A stretch of 64,000 nt of DNA from Felis catus (lineage: Eukaryota): NCBI RefSeq assembly GCF_018350175.1, contig NC_058368.1, positions 213,344,001 through 213,408,000 on the forward strand. Reading direction: 5' to 3'. Below the pieces are notes generated by a model. The model was not told the DNA's origin. It saw nothing but the letters and a program-made list of their open reading frames with translations, and did no database searches. Numbering within the stretch: position 1 is the first letter of the stretch; every line of letters starts with the position of its first letter. This document shows, piece by piece, positions 1 through 12,696 of the stretch. The position numbers and the translations under genes are program-made.

Positions 1-589
1 GTGGGATAAAAATCCATCAGGCCCAGCAGCATAAACACTTTGGAGCAGAGCACAAGGTCTAGAAACCTCGCTGGTCCAGTGACCTCTGCATCACCCAATG
101 GGCCCCAGAGTTCGTTGGTTCTACCATCTCATTTCATCTGTCTTGGGAGTGGAACTTTCATGCCTGGAGAACAAAGAGAGGGACTTCTCCCAGAATGTAA
201 GTACGGGAAACACGATTGTTTTGTGCTGTTAATAAATGAGCACACATCTAGTAACTTGGTCCCAGGCTGGCTTTCATTGTGCAATGCCATCTGCTAAGGA
301 GGTTGTGGTAGTAGTGCCAGGGAGCAATAGCCCCTGCCCACCTCTGACTTCCAGAAGCTACTGACATTTACCGGAAGAACATCACAATGGCCGAATGGTC
401 AAATTGACTTAGGTCAATTCATGACATTCCACCAGATTGACTGGAACTTTAATTGTGATATGTAGTTAGATTTACTGGATAGCCAACCATGGTTAAATTG
501 AGGGGACTCCCCCCTCCTTACAGAGGTGCAGGAGTCTTTGTGTCAGTCTGCTGTGGCCTTTGGTCCATCGTGGCCACCACCCAGGGGCT

Positions 590-920
590 CCTTGCCTAGG
601 CCTTAGTTTGCATTCCCCCAGTGACCAACCCTGAGACAAAGATTTGAGTGCAAGTAGTTTATTTGTCGAGTGATCCCGGGAAGCACAGCGAGAGTGTGGG
701 GAAGTAGGACAGGAAAGCAAGCCAGCACAGAGTATGTGAACGAGCACATTATCGTTGGGGCAACTGGGGCTCAACCTGATGAGGACCCTCTGAGAGGCCA
801 CATGAATTTGGGGAGGGGGTTTGATTATACCATATGTCCTCTCCCTCGGCATTGTCTTGTGGAAATTCCTCTATGTCGGGTGGTAGAGTTCCAATGTGTT
901 CTTAGGTAGTAGCTGCTCAG
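590..920. mobile_element. Old MaLR (MLT1-like) LTR fragment
   Basis: Motif ACCCTGAGACAAAGATTTGAGTGCAAGTAGTTTATTTG is typical of old MLT1 LTRs. Boundaries approximate. Confidence 0.5.
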
Positions 921-1904
921 AGAGCATCAATGCCTTGAGCTTTCCCTCCAGACAAATTCCCCGATTTCTCCCCCAAATTCCAAATGTGGGACTGCCTATG
1001 CCTCCCTTCTTTATAAAGGAATACCATTTCTATATCCTCAAAGCCTGTGGACACTTCTAAATGCCCTTCCTATTTCCCCCAGGAAGTTGAGTTTCATCCT
1101 GCCTCAGGGCTTCTGGTTACAGGACGTGATTTCCCAGAATTCTTGAAGATCTGACCCACACCATCTCCCTTGCCTCACAGGAAATGGCAAAATCAACTGG
1201 ATGATTAAATGATTCATTCCTTACTGTAAAGTTGAAATTTTTATGTAATAAAAAAAAATCCAATAAAAACCACAGTGTTTCAACTCACAGAGTACCTCTT
1301 TATTCATCATCCAATTCCAAGAATCCCTGCCAACCCTTCGAAGTGCACTCACATTCTCCAGTGTGCACACCACCCCCAGATCCTTCAAGCTACAGAGCAC
1401 GGGGAAAGGACAAGAGTTCAAGAAATAAATGTTTTGTGATTTAAAAAAAAAGATGAGGTAAAAGCCAAGAGATCAAACGGTTTCTGTTTGTAGTAGGTGG
1501 TGAGAAAAACATAATGCGGCGTGTGCCATTTCTTGCCTTTGCGTCCAGGTTGAGGTATAGTTCTACTGTGTGAGCGGATTCAGAACTTGCTGGTTTTCCT
1601 CGCCATATAACCTAGCACATGCCAGGGAATAAGGGCTCAGTGTGTTGCAGGCACAAGGAGAACTTATCCTGGACCGACTCAGGGCAGAAAGGAGCCAAGT
1701 TGTCAAGACAAAAGGCAACTTAAGACACATGAATTCCAGCATGATTCCGTGGCTGCTGGGTTCCCAGATACAGTTCTGTGGCCGTATCCCAGGGACCCAC
1801 ATTTTGGGCTACTCCTCTACTTAGACCAGGTGGTTGAGGATGTTTGTGACTTGCAGAGGGAGCAGGCTGAGTAGGAGAAAGCCTCCCTACAATTGCAAGT
1901 TTCT

Positions 1905-2975
1905 TTCTTTCTTTTTTTTTTTTTTTGGTAACAGCTTTATTGAGATATAATTCACGTACTATAACAATTCACCCATTTAAGGTATACAATAGTTCTTAAT
2001 ATATTCACAGTTGTACAGCCATTACCACAGAATTATAGAAAATTTTCATCACCTCAAAAAGAAGCCTTTTTAGCTATCACTCCTCAACGCCCCCTCCTCC
2101 CCAAGCCTTAGGCAACCACTAATGAATCTGTCTCTATTTGTTTAATCTGGACATTTCATATAAATGGAATCACATAAATGGTCTGCTGTGATCAACTTCT
2201 TCCACTTAGCATAGTGTTTTCAAGATTTATTCACATGGTAGCATGTATCAAAACTTCATTCCTTTGTGTGGCCTAATAACCTCTTACATGGATATACCAC
2301 ATTTGGCTTATCCATTTATCAGTCTAGACAACTGGGTTATTTCTGCCTTTTAGTTATCACGAATAATGCTATTACCAACATTTGTGTGCAAGTTTTTGTG
2401 TGCATGTGTGTTCTCCTTGCTCTTGGGTATGAATCTAGGAGTGGAATGTCTGGGTCAAATAGGAACTCTTTGTTTAGCATCTTCAGGAACTGCCAGACTT
2501 TTCCAAAGTGGCCGCACCATTTTATATTCCCAGCAGCGATGTACGAGGGCTCCGATTTCTCCACATCTCGCCAGCACTGGTTATTATCTGACTTGACTCT
2601 AGCCATCCCAGTGGGTATGAGATGGTATTCATTTTCTTTTTCATTTGCATCTTCCTGATGATTGACTGATGGTGTTGAACGTCTTTTCATGGGCTTGTCG
2701 GTTATTCGTCTGTCTTCCTTGTAGCTGGAGAAATGTCTATTTAGATCCTTTGTTCATTTTTTAATTGTATGGTCTTTTTGAGTTAAGAGTTCTTTATATA
2801 TCCTAGTTACAAGTTCCATTGCCAAATCCAACGTCACAAAGATTTACTCCTATGTTTTCTTATAAGAGTTTACTGTTTTAGTTCTTATAATTTAGACCTT
2901 TCATCCTTTTGAGTTAATTTTTATATATGGTTTGAGGTAAAGGTCCAACTTCATTCTATTCCAAGTGGATATCCA
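1905..2975 (-). mobile_element. L1 (L1MA/MB-like) 3' end
   Basis: Poly-T followed by AACAGCTTTATTGAGATATAATTCAC... The minus-strand ORF 2337-2690 is a degenerate ORF2 C-terminus (YHLIPTGMA...CWRDVEK...WCGHFGK). Confidence 0.9.
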
Positions 2976-3138
2976 TGTCCAGTTTCTTTCTGAAGCTTCT
3001 CTTTTCATTCTGGATGGGGTAGTTGAGACTATTTTAACTAGAGGCGTTCTATAGGATACTGAAATGATGTGCCTAGGCATTTTTAACCCGACTATTTAGT
3101 TTTGACCCAGTAAATCATGTTTAAAAAGCTAATTCAGG

Positions 3139-3357
3139 GGGCGCCTGGGTGGCTCAGTCGGTTAAGCATCCGACTTCTGCTCAGGTCATGGTCTCACGGT
3201 CTGTGAGTTCGAGCCCTGCATCAGGCTCTGTGCTGACAGCTCAGATCCTGGAGCCTGCTTTGGATTCTGTGTCTCCCTCTCTCTCTGCCCCTCCCCTGCT
3301 CATGCTCTGTCTCTCTCTGTCTCAAAAATAAATAAAAACATTTAAAAAAATTTTTTT
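3139..3357 (+). mobile_element. Can-SINE (SINEC_Fc type)
   Basis: GGGGCGCCTGGGTGGCTCAGTCGGTTAAG tRNA-derived head, CT-rich body and A tail. TSD AAGCTAATTCAGG at 3126-38 and 3358-70. Confidence 0.95.
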
Positions 3358-4079
3358 AAGCTAATTCAGGAGGAGATATGTTTAGATTATTTAGCCTCAG
3401 ATTTTTTATATTATTATAAAGGATTGTCTTTGATATTTGTGAACAAAGCCATCACTGGAGATTAAATGGGCAGTTTTATTAATAGATAAGATAGGAAAGA
3501 AAATTCTTTGTAGCTCTGTGGGTCTTATTCAGCATTGTTCAGGGAGCCTATGGCTCCTGGTTCATACTCCTTGTCACCCTTGGCTTCCCATTGCCTTTAT
3601 CCCGCTATTTCCCTTCTCTGTCCCTCCTATTACAGTGGAAGATATGGCCTTCTTCCATTTGTATGGAGTCCCTACACCTGTGCCCTGGCTGCCATCACCT
3701 GTTGTCTGCTCAGGAACCTTTGCTTTCTATTGGCTTCTGTCTCCCTGGTCCTTCAGTCTCTACTGGCCCTGCCCTGTAATTTAATGTTCTCGCTTATCTC
3801 AAAACAAAACCATGCCTTGATCTGATTTTTTCCCTCAATCTGTGTTCCCTACCTCCATGCCCTGCCCTCCACCAGCCAGCCAGACTTCTGGACACTAGCA
3901 TCTTCATTTAGGTCTTCCTTGTCCCACCTTACACTCACTCCTAATCCACTCCAGAACTTCTGAGTCCCTTATCCCAGGGCCCCAGTGAGCTCCATGCCAC
4001 CAAACACTTTTCATTTCTCATCTTGTCTGTCAGGACTGAGCATGCCAAGCCAAGAATAAGGAAAGAATGGACATGGGGA

Positions 4080-5030
4080 AGGCAACTGTCAATGACCTTA
4101 TTGACTCCCTCAGTGATCAATGCTAAGGGCCGTTCCCTCCTTCTTGAAGTAGTCTCTTCTCTTGGGCTCCATGATGTTATGCTTCCCTAGTTTTCTTCCC
4201 CTCTGGCTGGTCCTTCTTAGGCTTCTTGACAGACATTCTTTCTTCTGTCCTCCTTAGGTTTCTCTTTTCACTCTTAACTCTCTTCCTGGGTGATATTTAT
4301 TTCTGTGGATTTAATGACCTTGCGAACACAAGAGACCCCCAAATCCTTATCTTCTGCCTATATGCAAAGATCTCCAAATCTTTTTTTTTTAAGATTTTAT
4401 TTTTAAGTAATCTCTACACCCAATGAGGGATTTGAGCCTCCAATCCTGAGATCAAGAGTCAAATACGCCACCAACTGAGCCAGCCAGGCATCCCTAAAGA
4501 TCTCCCAATCTTTATCTCCTGCTTTGATCCATTTGTCAAGATTGGACTGTTTATAAGGTACTGAAAATTCAACATGTCCAAAATTAAAGTTATTTTATTC
4601 CCTCCAAACTTGCTTCTCCTTCAGAATTCTGTCTTCAAAATTACTACCATTCGCTCAGTTGTCCAAACTAGAAATCTGAGAGTTGTTCTAGATGTCTTGT
4701 TTTCCCCGCTTACTCTCTGACCCTAATTAACCCCCAAGGCCTTTTGAGTCTACCTACTACATGTCTGCTGAGTCCTTCTGCTTCTCTCCACCCTCACTGT
4801 TGCCACCCTGGCCTTAACCTGCATAGGCAGTCCCCTGGACTCCCCTGTCAGTGTCTCTGATCTCATTTTTCCACAAGTTTCTCCCTAGTCTGGTCCCAAC
4901 TCTGCAGTCAGAGTCCTCCTAAAATGTCAACCGGATCAGGTCACTTCCTTCCGCACAATTATCTAAGATTTTCTCATTGCCTTAGGATGAAGAATCAAAT
5001 CCTAACCCTGAACAAGGCCCTCCGTGACCA
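4080..5030. mobile_element. L2 fragments interrupted by a short minus-strand Can-SINE (~4380-4495)
   Basis: L2-like motifs (AATTCAACATGTCCAAAA, CTAGAAATCTGAGAGT, GATCAGGTCACTTC). Confidence 0.6.
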
Positions 5031-5229
5031 GGCCATGCCGGCCTCCACATGATAAAAGCAATGATTAGAAGTCTGAGAAAGGAACCAAGGACAGAAGTTA
5101 TGACCACACTGTTCAGCACTTAATTTTCAGGTAGGTAAAGCTGGTCTTGAGACAGAGCAGGGACTGGACTCAGGTCCGTGCAGCCCTAGCCTGAAACCCA
5201 GCATTCCTTGATAGCTGCAACCCTATGCC

Positions 5230-5701
5230 TCTGAAGTAGCATGCCTCACAGGAATGCGGAAGTAGGATGCTCACCAAAAGAGAGACTCAACTCCAAAGAC
5301 TGGTGAAGACCAAACCAAACTAGTCTGTGCCAAGGTGGACCCCAGTGCTGACCTTTCACCGACTTTTTACTTCATTATAATACTAAAAACCACGCCCGGG
5401 GTGGGGGGAGATTTAACATGATAATGAGACACACAATGCATGAAGAAGCATGTTCTGTCCACCGCACCTGCGTTCCAACTTCCTGTATCTCTCCTCGCCC
5501 TTACGTGCTTAGATGTCACTCCTTTCCCGCCTCAGTCTCTGTAAAAACTTTTCTGGGCCTTTTCTGGAAAAACCAGCATGAAGGACTGTTTCCTTTGTGC
5601 TGTCTACCTTGTGTTTGAGCATAACCCCAAGTAAAAATCTTGCCTGAAACTTCTATTTGGCCTGTATTGCTTGGAGAGCCCAAGGACCCTAATCAGTTTC
5701 A
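5230..5701 (+). mobile_element. ERV1-class solo-LTR-like element
   Basis: ~470 bp ending in CA, with LTR-like core ATTATAATACTAAAAACCACGCCCGGG...GAGATTTAACATGATAATGAGAC. Family not certain. Confidence 0.5.
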
Positions 5702-6044
5702 GTGTCGTGGTAAGCAATTTAATCAGGCCCAGGCTTTCACCTTGAGACTTCCACTATGACTTTTATATTAACTTAATACCAGTTTTATTATAAATCTTTT
5801 ATTCTGAAACCCTTCTAAGATTGTACTGATGTCCCTTTTCTCTTGCAGTTAGTATCAAGAGAAGAATTTGAAATATTTTCTTGTTAATTAGATGTCACAT
5901 ATAAATATTTGACTATATTTTTAGTTTTTATTTATTTAAGTAATCTCTACACCTCACATGGGCTTGAATTCATGATCCTGAAATCATGAGTCACATATTT
6001 TACTGACTTAGCCAGCCATGAGCCCCATATTTGAATATTTTAAA

Positions 6045-6903
6045 AAGTAGCTCATGACAACTCAATAGCAAAAAAATAATAACTCAGTTAAAAAATGGAC
6101 TAAGGATTTGAGTGAACATTTCTCCAAAGACCCACAAATGGCCAATAGGTATATGAAAAGGTGCTTAACATCACGAATCATCGAGGAAATGCAAATCAAA
6201 ATCACAAAGAGATATCACCTCATACCTCATACTAATTATTAAAAAAAAAGACATTGAGTGTTAGCAAGGATGTGGTGAAACTGGAATCTTTGCACACTGT
6301 TGGGAATGAAAATTGATACAGCTACAATGGAAAATAGTATGGCGTTGGCTCAAAAAAATGAAAATAGAACTACTATATGATCCAACAATCCAACTTCTGG
6401 GTATTTATCCAAAAGAATTGAAGTCATGATCTTGAGGTGATATTAGCATCCCCATGTTCATTACAGTATTATTCCTAATGGCTAAGATGTGGAAACAACC
6501 TAAATGTCTATTGACAGATGAGTGGGGAAAAAAAGTGGTATGTACATACAGTGGAATACCATGCAGACATAAAAAAGGCAATTCTGCAATATACAACGGG
6601 GATGAGCCTTGAGGACATTATGCTAAGTGAAACAAATCAGTCACAGAAAGACCAATACTTCATGACTCCTCTTATATGATGTACTTAGAATAGTCAAATT
6701 CATAGAATCGAAGAGTGGAATGGTGTTTGTCAGGGGCTGGGGGAAAGGAGAAATGGAGTGTTACTAATCAATGGGTATGGGGTTTCAGTTAAATAAGATG
6801 AATAAGTTCTAGAGACCTGCCATACAACGTTGTACCTAGAGTCTACAATACTGAATTGTACACTCAAAAATGTATTAGGAGAGTAGAACTCCTGTTGTGT
6901 TTT

Positions 6904-6905
<2 letters not shown>
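6045..6905 (+). mobile_element. L1 (L1MA-like) ORF2 end and 3' UTR, ending in (CA)n at 6907-6944
   Basis: GAAATGCAAATCAAAA...GATATCACCTCATACC, ATGTGGAAACAACCTAAATGTC and ATTATGCTAAGTGAAA. Confidence 0.9.
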
Positions 6906-6946
<41 letters not shown>

Positions 6947-7459
6947 TACACTCAGTAGTCCACTTAAGGTGCATAGCATAATGCCTGTCAAATTGTAAGT
7001 GCTCAGTAAATGTTGACTATTCCTTTTCTTTCTAGAACTATTTCCTTGTTTTTGGGTAAATAGTGAAGAGGGAAGAAATCATGACACTTACTGATGATCA
7101 GTTTTCTAAAGAAATGACTTTATGCAAATACTTCATTCTTTTTTATTCTTTTTATCCTATTTATTCTTTCTACTATTTAGCAGAAATCAGTAAATCACCT
7201 CTCTATATTAACCAGCTTTCTTCTTTCCTGTTGATTACATCGTGGATCTTGTTCTCATGGATCAAATCAAACCCAATTATTCTTTGCACTCATAGGATAC
7301 ATTTATTAAAATATCATAAACATGAATTATCCTAGAACCATAAAAATGGTTTTGAAGAATATATTGACACGAGACTGTTCTCAGTGTGATCATTAAGTGA
7401 AAAAGCATGAATTTTAAAATCCTGTCAAAATTCTAATTTCATTTAAATAAATGCATAGA

Positions 7460-7692
7460 AGGGCTTCTAGGTGGCTCAGTTAGTTGAGTGTCCAACTTCA
7501 GCTCAGGTCATGATATCATGGTTCATGAGTTCAAACTCCACATCAGGCTCTGTGCTGACAGTTCAGAGCCTGGAGCCTGTTTCGAATTCTGTATCTCCCT
7601 CTCTCTCTGCCCCTCCCCCACTCTCTCTTCTCTCTCTCTGTCTCTCTCTCTCTCTCTCTCAAAAATGAATAAACGGTAAAAAAAAAAATTTT
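7460..7692 (+). mobile_element. Can-SINE
   Basis: Head, body and tail present; flanked by repeated ATAAATGCATAGAA. Confidence 0.9.
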
Positions 7693-8140
7693 ATAAATGC
7701 ATAGAAAAGTGACAGGAAAAATATTCCAAAATGTTAGAAGAAGTTATCTCAAAGTGGTAGAATTATTGGTCATTCTTTGTTTTCTTTATAATCAAAAAAA
7801 TTGACATTTGTTTCTATAAGGTTCTATGTTTCTAAAACTTGTGAGTTGGTGTTTTCCCCCTTTTGGTTGCAAGGGACAGAGACGAAAATCACATGGGCTT
7901 TAACCAACATAGGGAAATTATTGTGAGGATCCTGTTCTATCTCAGAAACTCAGTGACAAGAAAAGAGCCAGGCCTTAGCAATTACTGGAACCAGAAATGC
8001 AAATGCTGCCTGTGTTCTTCAGTTCACTGGTTTTTCTCGGTATGTCTGCTTTGTTTCTCCCCACCTTCTCCCAGACCAATTTTCTCTGGCCCAAGTGAGA
8101 GAAAATGTGCTTCCTGAAAGCCCCTGACTTCACAGTTTAG

Positions 8141-8803
8141 AGTCCTGAAGTTCTTTTTATTAACGTTTTATTTTTTAAAGTAATCTCTACACCCAAGTTG
8201 GGGATCAAACTCATGACCCCAAGACCACGAGTTGCCTGCTCTACTGACTGAGCCAGCTAGGTGCCCCTATAGTCCTGAAAAAAAAATTTTTTTAAGTTTA
8301 TTTACTTATTTTGAGAGAGAGAGAGAGTGCGAGTGTACGAGCGAGGAAGGGGCAGAGAAAGGAGACAGAGAATCCCAAGCAGGCTCCTCACTGTCAGCAT
8401 GGAGTGTGACACGGGGCTCGAACTCAGGAATTGTGAGATCATGACCTGAGCTGAAACCAGGAGTTGGACGCTTAGCTGGCTGAGCCACCCAGGGGCCCTA
8501 GTCCTGAAATTCTTTTATTTATTTATTTATTTATTTATCTATCTATCTATTTATTTATTTATTTATTTATTTTCTAAACCTTTATTCATTTTTGAGAGAC
8601 ACAGAGAGACAGAGCACGAGCAGGGGAGGAACAGAGAGAGAAGGAGACACAGAATCCGAAGTAGGCTCCAGGCTCTGAGCTATCAGCGCAAAGCCTGATG
8701 TGGGGCTCCAACCCATGGACCTCAAGATCATGACCTGAGCCAAAGCTGAATGCTCAACTGACTGAGCCACCCAGGCACCCCACCCCCCAGTCCTGAAATT
8801 CTT
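8141..8803 (-). mobile_element. Three tandem Can-SINEs sharing one target site
   Basis: AGTCCTGAA(A/G)TTCTT-like copies at 8141, 8271 (partial), 8500 and 8789 separate three minus-strand SINEs. Confidence 0.9.
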
Positions 8804-8955
8804 AAGAACGGCTGGACATCACCTGTTTCCAGATGTAAATCTCCAGGCAAGGACTGACATTGTCCCCACTTGGATAAGCACATCACCCTGGACCGGTTAT
8901 CTGCAGACAGAATCATGGTGCACTACATGGTGGCTTGCGTGGTAATTATGTGGAT

Positions 8956-8957
<2 letters not shown>

Positions 8958-8992
<35 letters not shown>
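8958..8992 (+). repeat. (GT)n microsatellite
   Basis: Read directly from the sequence. Confidence 0.95.
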
Positions 8993-8994
<2 letters not shown>

Positions 8995-9698
8995 GGATTG
9001 AAGAACAGAAAAGCAAGGGTTTGTTTCTAGAAGGAAAGGAGCTCTGTATTTGCAAAACAATAGTCTTCACAACATGAAATTTTGTTAAGATCAGAAAAAA
9101 TTATGTGATTTTTAAGTGCATAAATTATTTTCTGTAACTTCTTAGTAAATCAGCACTGACTTATCCCTTTCTCTTTCAAACAGATAACTCATTCTTTGCC
9201 AGCTAGTTCATAAATTCTATTACTTATTAACCCATAAACTGTAAAGATTATCTGCTTCAGTCCCGTCATTCTAGAAAGGATGGACTCAAGCCCGGAGGGG
9301 TGGCAGGACTTGCTGAGCTCCCTCAGGGGGCTGGCAGACTGCCATCTTCAGCACCTTCCTTGTCCATTGCCTTTCTTCTCCTCTGCCCAAGTCACCCATC
9401 CTCCCTAAGGCCTCCCCACATCTGAGCTTGTGCCCCTAAGCTCAGATGTTTTTTTCAGAATGAAGTCCTAAAAGTACAGCAAGCCTGACAGTCCCGTGGC
9501 AATGTCCCTCTATTCAGCTGCATTTCCTAGACCCCAATGCGGACTAGAAACCTGGAGTCATTTCCTGCATAATTACTCTAACTCCCTGACATTCAGTGGA
9601 GCATGGGTAGGGCAAAGCCCTTTCAAGGATATATTGGAGAGGACATAGGCACATTCTGGGGGAAGGGCGCATCATGCCTCTAAATGTTACAGATTGTT

Positions 9699-10123
9699 AC
9701 TTTTTTTTAATGTTTATTTGTTTGGGCAGTGCCTGGGTGTGTCAGTCAGTTAAGGCTCAACTTCGCTCAGGTCACGATCTCACAGTTCATGAGTTCGAGC
9801 CCTGTGCTGACAACTCAGAGCCTGGAGCCTGTTTCGGATTCTGTGTATCCTTTTCTCTCTGCCCCTCCCCCCACTTGCACACTGTCTGTCTCTCTCTCAA
9901 AAATAAATAAGCACTAAAAAAATGTTTATTTGTTTTTGAGAGAGAGAGAGCTCAAACACATGTGAGCAGAGGAGAGGCAGAGAGAGAGGGAGACAGAATC
10001 TGAAGCAGGCTCCAGGCTCTGAGCTGTAAGCACAGAGCCCAACACGGGCTCAAACTCACAAACCACAAGATCACAGCCTGAGTCGAAGTCAGATGCTTAA
10101 CTGACTGAGCCACCCAGGTGCTC
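9699..10123. mobile_element. Plus-strand Can-SINE nested in the tail of a minus-strand Can-SINE
   Basis: Outer TSD CTAAATGTTACAGATTGTT (9680-98 and 10124-42); inner TSD AATGTTTATTTGTTT (9709-23 and 9921-35). Confidence 0.88.
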
Positions 10124-10399
10124 CTAAATGTTACAGATTGTTCATCTGAGAGTCTAAATACTGGAACAAAGCCAATCAATAAGTTTGCTGTAAAGGCCTC
10201 CCTCGCCACCTCTGTTATATATCCTTTTTGTTTGTTTTTTGTTTTTACGCACATTGTTGTATTAGTGGAAGAATGCAGGCTGTGCTTAAAGTATGAGCTA
10301 TCAGGTCTGGTTATGACTGGCCATACCACATGGCCTAATCCATCTTAAAAGGGCAGGATAGTAAGAACAGTAATGGACAACAAGAATAAAATGGCCCAG

Positions 10400-10539
10400 A
10401 ATGATAATCAGCTGCTAAAATGACTCCCAGGAGTCATGTCTATATTAATCTTCTTCCCTTGAGCATGGACTGGACCTAGTGACTGTTCTAACAAATAGGG
10501 TATGGCAAAAGCTGATTAGGTTACAAAAGACTGTACCTT

Positions 10540-10582
<43 letters not shown>

Positions 10583-10935
10583 ATGTTTGGAGCCTTTTGT
10601 TTGAGGGAAGCATGCTGCCATTTTGTTAGCTGTCCAGTGGAGAGGTCCACATAGCAAGAAACTGATGTGTCTAGCCAACAGCCAAAAGGACCTAAGGTCA
10701 GCCAATAACCACGAGTGAGTTTGGAAACACATCTGCCCCGAGTTGAACATTGAAGTGACTACAGTCCCACCAGAAACCTTGACTGCAGTCTTCTAAGAGA
10801 CCCTGAGCCAGAGAAACCAGCAAAGCCATGCCCAGAGTCCTGGCCTACAGGAACTGGGAGATGATAAACATGTTTTTGTTGTTTTAAGCTACTAAATTTG
10901 GGGATAATTTGTTACAGAGCAAAAGTTGGCTGATG
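10400..10935 (+). mobile_element. MaLR MLT1-family LTR with internal (CT)n at 10544-10579
   Basis: GGACCTAGTGACT..., GAGAGACCCTGAGCCAGAG..., TTGTTTTAAGCTACTAAATTTGGGGATAATTTGTTACA. Confidence 0.8.
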
Positions 10936-11214
10936 TACTCAGCTGGAAGCTACCTCATGTTGAGAACTCAACAGACATCTCATGAAATGAAGGCTACTTA
11001 CTAGTGAGCTGGAGAAGTTCTAGATGTACAAGCTGAAAGAGAAATGTAAAGGAGAAAGATCTTGCAAGAACTGGTACATCTTTTTAATAGAGCTGTTACT
11101 ATAAAACTGGTGATATGAATTTTTCCACAGTCCTATCAGCAGATCACCAAGGATTTCCTAATAAAAAATGTCATGTATTTTTATTCTTGCATCATGCTTT
11201 GAAAACAGAGTTCT

Positions 11215-11430
11215 TTTTTTTTTAATGTTTTTATTTTATTTATTTTTGAGACAGAGAGAGACAGAGCATGAGCAGGGGAGGGGCAGAGAGAGAGGGAGGC
11301 ACAGAATCTGAAGCAGGCTCCAGGCTCTGAGTGGTCAGCAGAACCCAACGTGGGGCTCAAACTCACGGACCATGAGATCATGACCTGAGCTGAAGTTGGA
11401 TGCTTAACCAACTGAGCCACCCAGGTGCCC
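11215..11430 (-). mobile_element. Can-SINE (SINEC_Fc type)
   Basis: Consensus match; flanked by AAAACAG(A/G)GTTCTTTT. Confidence 0.92.
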
Positions 11431-11969
11431 AAAAACAGGGTTCTTTTTTAAGGAAATGAGTGTGCATTACAAATTCTGATTTTTTTATCAGGAAAATTAG
11501 GTACAATATTTATGAGTATAAATCACTAAATGTTTAGGAAAATGGATTTCCCGCATTTTCAGCCCCCTGTTTCTGTTTGAATGCCTCTGCTCCTTGGGCT
11601 GCTCCGGGGGCTTCTTCTTACCACTTTTGCAGGCCCTCCTCCCCAGCCTCTCTTGACTGAAGATCCTTCGGTTGGGAAGAGAGTCTCTGGAGAGCAAGGA
11701 ATGGCATGTCGCACCCTGCTCCCTACCCCCACCACGTGAATGCGTGTAGAGGAATGTTAGGACCCCACAGTCCACAGCATTGATGTGGGGAATCAGAGTA
11801 AAGGGGACTTGTGTCTCACCCCTATTTGTAGCTCTGGAAAGGAGCACATTTCAAAGACCTCTCCACGCACCGTCAAAGGGGTGATAGAATAGACAGTTGG
11901 GTGGGCCGTGTGGGAAGAGAGGCCTGAGGTAGCCCAGAGGGGCAGGGGAGAAGAGCAAGATATTTTTCA

Positions 11970-12318
11970 TGCTGCGATGGACTAAACGTTTGTCCAAATT
12001 CGTATGTGAACTCCTAACCCCGGCTGTGATGGTAGGAGGAGGTGGGTGTCTTTGGGAGGTGATTGGATCATAAGGGCGGAGCCTTCATGAATGAGATTAG
12101 GGCCCTTATAAAAGACACCACGGAGAAATCCCTCTCCCTGCCCACCGTGTGAGGACCCTGCAAGAAGACTCTCTGAATCCAGGAACCAGGAAGCAGGCTG
12201 TCATCTGACATCAAATCTGCTGGTGACTTAATCTTGAACTTTCCACCCCCAGAACTGTGAGAAGTGAATTTCTGTTGATTATAAGTTTGTTACAGTAGAC
12301 TGAATGCACTAAGACACA
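11970..12318 (+). mobile_element. MaLR MLT1A-like LTR
   Basis: Starts TG..ATGGACTAAACGTTTG, contains ATGAATGAGATTAGGGCCCTTATAAAAGA and ends ACTAAGACA. Confidence 0.85.
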
Positions 12319-12474
12319 TACCATCAAGAAGGATCTGAAGAGCTAAGAGAGAGGGTCAAGAGATTTGAGGGGTCTTGTAAGTAGGAAGGAGAGCACACAG
12401 CTGCGAAGTCCAGGATAGAGCCACCCCCTGTCCCATGGCCACCTCTTGACATACTTTAAGATTATCTTCCCCTG

Positions 12475-12696
12475 TGGGGTGCCTGGGTGGCGCAGTCGGT
12501 TAAGCGTCCGACTTCAGCCAGGTCACGATCTCGCGGTCCGTGAGTTCGAGCCCCGCGTCGGGCTCTGGGCTGATGGCTCGGAGCCTGGAGCCTGTTTCCG
12601 ATTCTGTGTCTCCCTCTCTCTCTGCCCCTCCCCCGTTCATGCTCTGTCTCTCTCTGTCCCAAAAATAAATAAACGTTGAAAAAAAAAATTAAAAAA
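12475..12696 (+). mobile_element. Young SINEC_Fc
   Basis: CpG-intact copy with perfect 17-bp TSD AAGATTATCTTCCCCTG (12458-74 and 12697-12713). Confidence 0.97.

Noticed and set aside
1..1900. Possible 3' exon of a neighbouring upstream gene
   Set aside because: No recognisable coding similarity or splice structure; the ORFs are short and partly LTR-derived.
2337..2690. L1 ORF2-like peptide as an active retrotransposon
   Set aside because: A short, diverged 3' fragment; no intact ORF1 or ORF2 exists anywhere in the window.
3149..3331. Recurrent 'MAQSVKxPTSAQVMIS...' and 'GRGRERGRHR' ORFs across the window as a gene family or array
   Set aside because: These are translations of Can-SINE copies, not genes.
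8141..8803. CRISPR-like repeat-spacer array
   Set aside because: The DNA is eukaryotic; the repeats are TSDs and the spacers are SINEs of unequal length. No cas genes are present.
12476..12560. tRNA gene (A-box/B-box: TGGCGCAGTCGG...GTTCGAGCCC)
   Set aside because: This is the tRNA-derived head of a SINE, followed by a CT-rich body, poly(A) and TSD; there is no full cloverleaf.
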